DNA from: Haliotis rufescens
Lineage: Eukaryota
DNA length: 64,000 nucleotides
Direction: 5' to 3'
Assembly: GCF_023055435.1 (NCBI RefSeq)
Contig: NW_025964361.1
Location: forward strand, 31,062,001-31,126,000
Shown: positions 13,461 to 25,200 of the stretch, one piece after another
Layout: every line of letters begins with the position of its first letter
How positions within the stretch are numbered: the first letter of the stretch is position 1
Translations under genes and position numbers: made by a program
Notes under the pieces: generated by a model
What the model was told of the DNA's origin: nothing
The model's database searches: none
The model's input: only the letters and a program-made list of their open reading frames with translations

Positions 13461-14444
13461 TGCTGCTAATTATAATTGTTCAAATTGTTTGAAGTCCTGT
13501 TGTTAAGAATCCGGTATATATTCGGTATTTATATAGTATGCTAGGCACTACCTGATGATGCATTAAATAACTGGTATCACCGTTATCTCGTAACTATAAC
13601 TGACGGCACTGGAGGCCCAGACGTCTAGGACGTCGCAATTAATTGTGCAGAGGTTCTTCCCTTACGCGTACCAGGAACCTATGGACGTGCGCCGAATCTC
13701 AGATTACCACCAAACCAAAGCTCGTTCACCAAAGTGATAAAGGATCTCTACCTATTTGAGCTTTCCTTCCACATCAAACTGACAAGGACTGATTAACTAA
13801 TGTACTATTCATAGCGGCGTTAAACCAAAGTCACTCACTCACTTCATCATACCTGATTTCTTTGTTCGATGCCACGTTTAATCTGCAACGTGTATAACTC
13901 TGGTATACCTACTATAATACGTTTTTACAATAAGTAATTGTTTTAATGTTACTTAAGGGACATTTTGGCGACATACCGCATGTGTGTTTTCGTTGTCAAA
14001 TTGTGCCATATATATATTCCGCTGCAAAACAGCCATGTCCATCTTGAAGCAGGTTGTAGACCCAACAGAACATGTACGTTGCTGACTGATCAAAGATCAC
14101 AATTGTGAGACTGGCCGATCCTGACAGTCGATATACAAGGGATGTAACTCTGCAAAGCAAACTGTGGCGCCTGAGACAACTGACTCACTCCTGCCCCCTA
14201 CATATGTCAGAAACATGTTGGTCGCACTGTTTACTCAGGTAAACTACGCGTACAGTGCATAAATAATGTATTCTAGAGGCATGTATATTCGAGAACACGT
14301 ATTTAAAAAGTCTATTGCCTCATTCTTTCATGCATTCACTTATGATTACTTAATTCATGTGTATGTGTGCTTGTTTAAAGAAAACATTTCGGATTATATT
14401 CCAGACACAAAGCGCACATCCTTCCCCTTTTTTGAAGCATAGTA

Positions 14445-14590
14445 GGGCGGTAGGGTAGCCTAGTGGTTAAAACGTTCATTACGCCGAAGACCAAGGTTCG
14501 ATTCCCAACATGGGTACAATGTGTGAAGGCAATTTCTGCCGTGACATTGCTGGTATATTGCTAAAAGCAGCTTAAAACCATTCTCACTCA
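14445..14590 (+). mobile_element. SINE S1, degenerate
   Basis: A and B boxes, shared tail, degenerate TSD gaag(c/t)at(a/t)gta. Confidence 0.85.
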
Positions 14591-14719
14591 GTCGAAGTAT
14601 TGTAACATATACGTTCAGTAGAAAGTCATCTGCATTACAGACTGCTGCTTGTTTGTTGCTTCAATGGGCACGTCGTCACTGTCTACGGCTTTTCACAATG
14701 ATGTCGATGGGCCGACGTA

Positions 14720-15386
14720 TCATGAGCATCGATCCACCAATTGGGATCGATGACATGCATCAACCAAGTCAGCGAGCCTGGCCATCCGATCCCGTTAGTC
14801 GCCTTTTACGAAAAGCATAGTCACCTTTTACGGCAAGCATGGGTTGCTGAAGAAATATTCACGGGTCGGTAGATGAGGGAGGTTATGGACTGGAATTAAC
14901 AAAACAAACGGGGGACAAACATATCCTCAGATATTAATAAATATAATCGTTCGCTGAACATGCTGGATATTCTACAAGTAATTATTTTGGGGTATAAAAA
15001 GTATTGTACTCCTCCTACTGTCAGAGTGAGAGTGAGTGAGTGAGTTTGGGTTCTCATGGCGTGTCAGCTTCATGAGGGAGGAAAGCCCGGAGTGATGCAG
15101 GACTCAGACGCCTACCAGTTTGGTGAAACCCACGAGCACGGGCATGATGCTGACAAACCTAGAAACATTAAAACCATAAAAACACACTATATGACGGTGG
15201 ACTGTAAATAATCGAGTCTGGACCAGACAATCCAGTTATTGACATCATAAACATCGATCTACGCAATTGGGATAGGATGACATGCATCAACCAAGTCAGC
15301 GAGCCTGACCACCCGATCCCGTTTGCCGCCTCTTACAACAAACATGGCTTGCTGAAGGCCAACTCTAACCCGGATAGATCACGGGT
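14720..15386 (-). mobile_element. Cluster of SINE fragments: S4 (14720-14867), S3 (15025-15166), S4 (15188-15386)
   Basis: Direct similarity to full-length copies elsewhere in the window. Confidence 0.8.
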
Positions 15387-16242
15387 AGATCTAAATATGA
15401 CACAGATATGGCGGTTTTTCTGGTCTCCTTTATTTACTGGCTATTTGACCATTATTAAATTACACCAGATCACCCGTATACCTGAAGCTTAAGTTAAAAG
15501 TCGCGGCCAAATTGTCTTGTTTTGAGTTTGCCAGTCAGAGCTAAACTTTCTTTGTGACGGTTTATAAGCCAGAGAAAATAATTATTCCCTTTGGGTTGAG
15601 AATGTAGATCCTCAGGCTGTAAAGGCTCCCTCTCCCTAATATATACCAAAATCGCGAGGCGCGGTTTCTTAATAACATATAACCTTTTCACAAAACAAAA
15701 GTGTGAAATATTACCAAACGTATTGCAGTCCATATCTTTAAACACGTGTGTGGAACAGTTTGTACTTTCCAGTTGAAAGATTATATTACCATCTTTTCAA
15801 CAAGACCAAAAGATCTCAATGCAATATGACCTTCTATGTCGGTTCAAGAGTTGCTTCCACTATGCAATACAAGCATGCCGGACCCTTAATACTAATGCTT
15901 TCATTCACACAATAAACCACCAACATTAATTTGAAATAGGGTCGTCAATAGCAGTAAAGCCACCTTACATATCTGCCCGTGAGGCGCTCTTTTGACACAC
16001 AAGGTCTTCTTCACAAACACCTCGCTTGCATATGTCTCTCTATTGGTGATACACAGTTCACAGTCATACACAACGTTAAACGTGGGGTTAGCACAATGTT
16101 ATAGGTCGTTGTCGGAGATACATTATGTGACAGAGGGGTGTTGTGACTTTTAACCCAGTAGGGAAGTTTGTCGTAGGTGTGTAGCCTCTTAATTGTTGCT
16201 GATCCTGGAGGGCCATTAACATGTTCTTCTGAACATGACAGG

Positions 16243-19200
16243 ATGCTGAAGATGAAGATGCAAACGTGTCTTGTAGTCTTGTGGAGCATTCTCCTCTTTG
16301 TTCGGGAATCAGGTAGGTGATGTCAACACTTCTCTTGGCACAGCATGTCTGGTATTTGTTTTTCATGTGTATTTTTCGGTGTGATTTTCTCAGGAGAGGG
16401 AGCCTGAGAGTTTATATTCTCAACAAAAACCGAGAAGAATTGTTTTCTCTGGTTTATAAACTGTCACAAAGACATTTAAAGCGTTATATTATCATTTTCT
16501 GGACAAAAATATAACTCCAATCTTTAACCCTTTTAGACGAGCATATTGAAATATATATCACACTATCTACACTCAATTTCTTGATAAACAAAGATGCAAA
16601 TATATCCATCCTAGGAAACATCATATTGCAACCGCAAATAGATTTTGAAGAGACTGTCCTAGGATGTGATGTTTCAATTCACGAATGTTTTCATCAAGAC
16701 ATCTGCATTCCGGACAATATCAAGACCTATTAATGTCCAAAATAATTTTTTTTAAATTTTTCATATCTGAACTCTCTGGACAGATTGACAATATCGCCCT
16801 GATAGGATTCCTGGCTTGTCAGCATCATAACGGTGCTCGTTGGCTTCAACAACTGGTAGACGTCTACAGTTTGGGTTTTCCTTCCTCATTAACACACCGT
16901 GACATGAGTTAAATACTGCTCAAAATTGTTGAGCCAAACTCACTCACTAATTCATTTTTACTAGTATTTCGAAGCAGCCATGTAACTTGCACATTCCTGG
17001 AAATTGACATAGGTGATGCCTCTTTTTACAGATTGTCAGTGTGACTTCCCTATACAAGGTAACTGGTACATGTCCAGAAGTAACGAGAAGCTGAGTTTTC
17101 AAGGCTCAAGTGTCCTAGGTTTTACTTTTGAAGGAGGTCCTCTACTTCAGATCGACCTGACAACAACTTACAACTGCATTGCTACCGACGGCAGCAGATA
17201 TGTTATACAGTAAGCACTACTTTCTTGCTGCATCCTGTTGTTGATATCTATGTTTTGTTTGTTTGTTGTTTAACGCTGCACACAGCAATATTCCAGCTAT
17301 ATGACGGCGGTCTGTAAATAATCGAGTCTGGGCCAGACAATCCAGTGATTGACATCATGAGCATCGATCCACGCAATTGGGATACGATGACATGTATCAA
17401 CCATGTCAGCGATCCTGACCACACGACCCCGTTAGTCGCCGCTTACGACAAGCATAGTCGCCTTTTACGGCAAGCATGGGTTGCTGAAGACCAATTCTAT
17501 CCCGGATATTCACGGGTCTGTTGTTGATATCTAATTTACTCCTATGCAGATGGCGACGTTGGCTGCTACACTACAGTCACATCCCCAGTCTAGGGATCTT
17601 GTGGAATAAAAAAATGCTTGCTATTATATCGCATTGATTGTTATCAACGTTTAAGGCGCCGCAATTCGCTTTGAAGAGTTGCGTCCCTTGGGAAGCCTGA
17701 AATCAGAAGCCTATGATTATTGGTTTGAATTCCAGTTCGCGGCTATTATGTTTCTAGATTTGTCAGCACGATACACGTGTTTGGGTTTTTGAGACCTGCA
17801 TCACTGCGGGCATTCCTCCCACATTAAGCTGACTCGCCATGATATGCCTGGAATACTGTTCTAAGATGCGTTAAACCAAACTCCTTCACTCACTTACTCT
17901 TGTCACCAACCACTAGACAGGACTTAACGTAAGGTGTGACAAAGCTATGACACTGCTGGCAGTGGTATAAAACCTGATTTCCTAACTCACTTCGCGCATA
18001 TGCTACTTCTTCGTCATCACATCAGCAAACAATTGGTAAAAGATAATGGCCATCCAAGCAAGCACCATCACGTATGTCTTACCATGTTTAAAGTAATGAA
18101 ATCCAGTCAGTATGAGCGGTTGGTATCTCTGACAGGAGCAGCCAAGGCGTGGCAGAGGCTGGCGGCCTTCAACACGCCTTCACCTGCCTTCACTTCATTT
18201 CCGGGGAAACAACTGGAAATATCGCCACATTCGTTCAAGCCACAATCACAGGTAATACTCATGACATCTGTTCAAAGTCTGACATGTTTGCATGCACAGG
18301 TAATCTGAAATGAAATACGTATCTATTAACCATGAGCACTATAATCAATACACTGTAGATATCGCTTGATCTCACCCAAGCGATATCGACGTTTTGGATG
18401 ATAAACAACAAACAAATATGAACTATTCAATGATTTCTTCAAGGCCCGGCGACAGCTCCATTCCTTGTGAAGTACATCACTGCGGCCGCTTTAAGTGCTG
18501 ATTACCTCACCAACGTGTGTGACCTCGCCACGCCCTACCCTGAACACAGATACCACGTCTTCGTCAGAGAAGGTAGCTGTCGATCATTCCCATTGTTTAA
18601 AACGTGTCATGGATATTTACATGATGAATCTGAAGCATGGGTACTTCAAGGAGGATTTTGCTCTGAGGTCTGGTGTCCATTTTTGCCTTGTTCTAGAGTT
18701 TGTAATTAATACCTGGATGGAATCAAGACATTGTGTCGGTCTAATTTCGGTTACTATTCATCGTTAAACTGATACCCTTCATAGGTGTTAAACCAGCAGG
18801 CACACACGGTCATGTTTTAGGACTTGATTCACATTTCCGAGGACTACAAATTTGCCGGAACCTCCTTCCTTTTAACAGATAACCCGTTAGACAGACAAGT
18901 ATTCAGAAGGATAAACTCTGTATGGAAAGAAGTATTGGACTTCATCGAAGCTATACATAAAATTTGTACTTTAGATACTTGAAAATATTTCTCAATTTCT
19001 AAAAGTGATTTTAATTAGCAATACAAAAAACGCCAACGCCAGAGAATAATAAGTCTCAATTAGCCAAAGAAACAGATTCCATTGGTATTGAAAGGAAAAA
19101 TAGCGGTTACAATTACAGTAAACTACGGTTATAACGAACTCAAAGGGACCCCTTATCTTAGTTCGTAATAACCGTAGTTCGTTATAAGCGTATATACAAC

Positions 19201-22200
19201 AAATGGGCGGGACCAGAATATACAGTTCGTTATATCCGTCAGTTCGTTATAAGCATACTGTATAAGCATAAGTTTACTGTATGTGAATCGAAACTCAACG
19301 GTACGTGGATTGATCCTTTTCGCATTTCCTCCAATAGAAACGTTGTAAGAAAAACAAAATAACACCTTAATATTTCAGTGTTGGTACAATGTAAGGTTTA
19401 ACAGTAGAGTGCCTCACATTTTCAGTATCTGTACAAGGTCAGGTACTATATAGTTTTCATTTAACGATGGAACACAAACACGCTGCGCTCGTTAACTTGA
19501 TTCCCATCTACAGCTGTTCTCGGCAGCGTGGGCGTGGCCTGCCCGGGGGAGCTACAGGGTCTCCTGACGGTCACAAGCCCGCCCACTGCATGTCCAGCGT
19601 CACTGACCGGCTGCAGTAGCTCCACGTCTTTGCAGAAGGGCGACAGCACCACATGCAGCTGCACCGGTTGCTCCGCACCGTTATACTATGGTAGGTATAG
19701 ATATATTGTTGTTGAGATACTAGTATATCATAAAAACCTTTGACTGTAAAGGACAGAAATATTGGAAAGTGGACGCCATGGCCAAACGGAAATAGAAAAT
19801 AAAGTGGCTCCACCACTGAAAACATTGCTCACATAATAAACTATCATTGTGCCAAGGCATAATCTTAAGCTACATGTATATTGCATATATCTACTGGACT
19901 TAATTAGGTGTACTTGATTGGTTCTACTTTTCGAGACACTTTCCGCCATTTTGGTGCGCGTTATTTGTCCACGTGAAGTTAACAGTGTTAAAGTGATTTA
20001 GCTGGCAGTTTGTTTGTTAAATCAATACATTAGAGGATTGCTTCATGCGAATTAGATTAACGTTTCATTTTTGTCCCAGCAACAAACCCGGTGAGATGTT
20101 TGATGAACAGAACAGACACAACCAACAGCAGATCCTACGTCACGCTCATCAACCCGGAATTAACACAGCGCTTTATTTGTATTGTAAGTGCCACGTTATA
20201 CCAAACCTTTGTGCACATCACTTAAAATTGAAATAGATATAGCAAACCGCTTCATTCACATTGCACATTACGTAATCACTAAACCATACTTGAGAATGAA
20301 TGACGATTCGCTGATGTAATAAATTCAAATCTAAGACCCCGCTGAAGGGGAAACGGTGGAACATTCGTCTAGGGTGCCACTGCTGGGTTGCATCTCTTAT
20401 GACAGACAGAAACCTGTGACCGAGGGTTCGAATCCCGGTTTTCCCTATTTATGATTATTTTAACATCTCAGATTAGCGTCATCTCGGGCGTTTTCCAACA
20501 TCAAGCTCACCGGCTTGAAACGGCTTTAAACAAAACTCACTCACTCACTCCCTCCGCGGTAGTGACAATATAATGTTGAATGAGGACGAATTTGAGAATT
20601 AATACATCCGATTCGTATTTTATTTCTATTTCTTTGTGAGGACGTGTATAGTAGATCGCGTGTGTCTGCTATTTTACTCAAGTGTATAAATGAGGTTGTG
20701 CTAACGATAGATAGAACTGAAGACTAAATATTGACAGTAGCGGGTGACCTCGCCAAGATGACCACAACCAAGCTGTCTTCCCGATGAACGTCAGTATGTC
20801 GCGTGATGTTTTTACGTTGACGATCGAGCGAGATATACAGAACTTCTTTAGAGGAATTCCTCAGTGTCGACAAATAACGTCAAATAGGGACGGTATCACC
20901 ATACGATTCAGGCTATGAATGATATGTCTGATCACCGACTTCAGCCACAACTGATCATGATACTGCTCTACCTGCCAAAAGAAATCCCTTAGCTCCACAC
21001 CGTCTTGTAGGCCAACATGCATCGGGAATCCAAACCGCACCGCCTCAAGCTGTACTCCCCGTCTTCAGCAGCTCATCTAGCCTTAGTATGACTCAAACAC
21101 GCACCCAAAGTATACAAAACGTTTTATTAATACATTTTCAGAATCAATCCGGTCTGGAATTCTTTCCAATTCTAGCTTTTCTGGGTGCAACTTCTATTTC
21201 AAATGAATGACATTGACGTAGCAGCCATTTTATGGCTTTTTTAAAAACCAAGGGACGTAACTCCCATGGACTGTTTGGGGCGGATGACGACAAAAGCAAC
21301 TACTATAGTTCGATGTAAAACATTAAAGTTTGGTGTTTAAGTGGATTGTGTTGTTATGTTTTATATATCCGTTAATATAAGGATTAAACTTGTATTTGTT
21401 GACAACAAATACAACTTCAACCCATTAATGGAAATGGTATATGGGTTGGACACATGTAATATCGACATGCATACTTCAGGTTGTGAAGGAATCTACATCT
21501 GTGTCGACCGTCAGCTTCTCACAACGACCTCTGCAATGCGACGAGAGTCAATCCTCCACCACTGCAACAGGGGGTGAAGCTTTCACATTTGGAAAAGGTG
21601 AAGTATTTGTGTCATGACCTTGAATAACTAGTTTCACAAAGGATATATAACAACATGGTATTTTTTAAACATTATATATTTTTGATTTCACCACTTTATA
21701 TACATGGGGCTTGGTGGTATTAACATCTGCACTTCGACAGTGTTACGGACTATGACATGTAATAGATACGAGTACCCAGTCAAGTCTATTTTTATATATA
21801 ATTTCATTTTACATATAAATGTTATATTATCACCGTATTGTTTCCTTTTCAGAAACCTGTCGTAAGTAGACTCACGTCGATCATGACGACCAGGCTTGCA
21901 GTCTTGATGGTATCACTGCGCACCATAGATCAGGTGTTATCTCTGTGGCTTTTTTAGACGTAGATTTAACGTATATTTTAAGGGGAGGATTGGTAGAGAC
22001 GTTTTCATTCATTAAGCACCATATGTCTCAGGTGAGTGATATCTCCATGTGTTCTAAATCCATTTGTCTCAACTCAATATATTAAGAGTATAAGTGTTAA
22101 TGTTAAACGTACATATGTGATATGTGTTGGCTATTTTCTTCAGGGGGGCACGGGTGGCCCAGTCGTCTAAGGCGCCGCGATTCGCTGTGCAGAGTTGCGT

Positions 22201-25200
22201 CCCTTGGGCACGCCAGAAACCTATGATTGTGGGTTCGAATCCCGGTTCGCCCCGATTATGTTTCGTGGGTTTCACCGAAGTGGTAAACGTCTGAGACCTG
22301 CATCACTTCGGGCTTTCCTCCCACATTAAGCTGACACGCCGTGATATAACTGGAATAATGTTAAAAGCGGCGTTAAACGCAACTCACTCACGCACTCACT
22401 TTTTTCTTCAGTAATAATGTAGCACTGTTATAGCATATTGTGTTATGTTGCAGCTCCAGAGCCTAGTGATGGCACACTTAGTGCCACCGCTTTATCCATC
22501 ATCGGGGCTGTTGTGGCCATTATTATCATCATTATCATCATCACTGCCATCGTCATATTCATCATCTGCAAGAGGAGAAAGAAGAGGGAAGAAGAGAAAA
22601 AAAGATTGGAGAGACGAGCTATGAGGAGAGAAGAGAGAAGAAGACGGAGACTTGAGAGACAGGATAGAATACGAAGTATGTGTCTGGTACACGGTGTAGG
22701 TTCTCACCGAACCAACACAATGAGATGTTTACTCTGTCTAGAGTCCCAATACAAGGTCTATTGTGTCTATGTTCCCACATGACCAAAAACGTATATGTCG
22801 TCACACTCTAGATTCTGATCTCCTATGAAATTCCGTGTTAGAATTGATCTTCAGCAACCCATGCTTACCGTAAAAGGCGACTATGCTTGTCGTAAAAGGC
22901 GACTAAGGGGATCGGGTGGTCAGGCTCGCTGACTTGGTTGATAAATGTCATCGTATCCAAATTGCGTAGATAGATGCTTATGATGTCAATCACTTTATTG
23001 TGATCGGATCATTTACATACCGACGTCATATAGACAGAATATTGCTGAGTGCGGCGTTAAACAAACAAACAAACAAATAAACAAATCATCTAACCAGCAC
23101 AAGTACTTTATGTGCATACTGTGTCAATATTCTCACCTAAGGACTACAAATATTCCCTACTCTAGATTCTCACATATTCACAACAATTATCTGTCTACTC
23201 TGTCCAGATTCATAATTTTTTTATAATAATCTAAAGAGATAACAGTATTTTGTTCTGTTTCAAAGTATTGACTTGTAAATATATTGTAAAATGTACATTT
23301 GTTATAGGCTTATGAGTTTATGGTCTGATAATGTATGAAACTTCTTCGTTGAGTGACGACAAGCCTTCACTGATTGTATTGCCCGAGACACATGTGGTGT
23401 TACAGGAGGCCTCCCTGTCAGCGACCTGGACAGCGACTCGGACTCCTGCTACAGCACACAGTCCAACACCACCTTGGAGGAAACAGATGACAAGCCCATC
23501 TTCAAGAGGAAGAAAAGACCCTCCACACCCAAGAAATTAGGAAAGAAATTCAGGAAGATCTACGACGAAAAGGGCAACCTTATTCGAGAGGTACATCCCA
23601 ATTTAACACTGCCCACATGTTGAGTTTAATTTAAGCGCAGACGAAGAAGGGAGGGGGGTAGTGTCACAACTCGGCGTCGCGTCCAAGATTATTGCACTTA
23701 TATAGCGACGTGCATGCAGGTGTGTGTGTGGGGGGGGGGGGGGGGGGTCTGCTTGTCCTAGTCCGGACTGATGCCGATTTATAGTGCTAGCTCACTGAGA
23801 TACCATGCCGCAGTTTAACATGAATACCTCACTCAGACACAGTATACTGACTCCGAGCCGACCAGTCCTTGTTTTAGCCCCTTAATGCCGAGCGCCAGAC
23901 AGGGTAACAACAAGTAACATCTTTTAACGTCTTTTGGTATGACGCGGTCGGGGATCGAACCCCGGACCTTCCGCTCTCCCGGCGGACGCTCTACCACTAG
24001 ATCACGGAGGCGATCCTTCGTGGCATGAACAACATCATGGTGCGATGACATGCAATTAGGCAGCACCACTTGACAGGATCGCCATTTCTGTTCACTTTAG
24101 ACGCAACCATGTGGGACCTGATCTGCTCACACTGACAGGGAGAAACATTGGGTCGTCGGGCTTAGGGGTCGATCATTTGATATTCTAAGTGCGAGAGACT
24201 TGTAAACAATTTACCTCAGGTTTAATCCCAAAAGATAGTTGTTGACAATGCTGGTTCTCCTTAAAGAAATGAGTGCGTGAGTGAGTATGGTTTTACGCCG
24301 CTTTTAGCAATATTCTAGCAATATCACGGCGGGGGACACCAGAAATAGGCTTCACACATTGTACCCATGTCGGGAATCGAACCCGGGTCTTCGGTGTGAC
24401 GAGCGAACGCTTTAAACACTAGGCTACCCGACCGCCCCCTGAAAGAAATGTGTGAATAACCTATTGTACGGTTCCTTATGATCGGTTACATGATCAGTTC
24501 CTTTGAAGTGAAACGTCATCGTTTACAGCTGTACACATGTGGACGCAGGACATTGTGGTAAGGTGTGCTTTCATTGCATCTTTCAGGAAGAGATACCTCC
24601 GGACTCAGATGATTCTGGTGACGAAACGGTAAGAAAACCCAGGTATTTGTTTTGGGTGTTTAATGAGATGCGGTTGTGTGTTGACGCCGCACTCAGCCAT
24701 ATTCCAGCTATATGACGGCGGTCAGTAAATAATCGAGTCCGGACCAGATAGGTTAGTGATTGACATCATGAGCGGCCATCTATGTAAATGAGATACGATG
24801 ACATGCATAAACCATATCAGCAAGCCTGACCAACCGGACAAGGTTGTCGCCTCTTATGACAAGCATGGCTTGCTGAAAACCACTTGTAACTCGGATCTTC
24901 ACCGGTCGTGTTGAATTTTGTCTCTGTTTGACAAAATGAGATGAACAGTTATATTTGCTACACCTTTAAATAGAAAGAAAGTTTTCTCGTCCACAGTTGA
25001 CGTTCTATATACATGCCTTTTCCAGATTTACACAGTAACTGAGGACGGCCGACAGGTGAAGAAGAGACGAGCGAAGAAGACGAGGAAGTACATCAAGGAG
25101 AGGAAACTTCCAAATGGAAAGAAGGTACACCACCACTACAATAGGGGATGAAAATATTAATAAAAGTTATACTTTTATAAAGCTTTGCAGACCTATAAGT

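Noticed and set aside
13990-14245. TATA-like run and a donor (cag|gtaaac) as possible first exon of gene B
   Set aside because: Plausible but not distinguishable from chance without transcript data.
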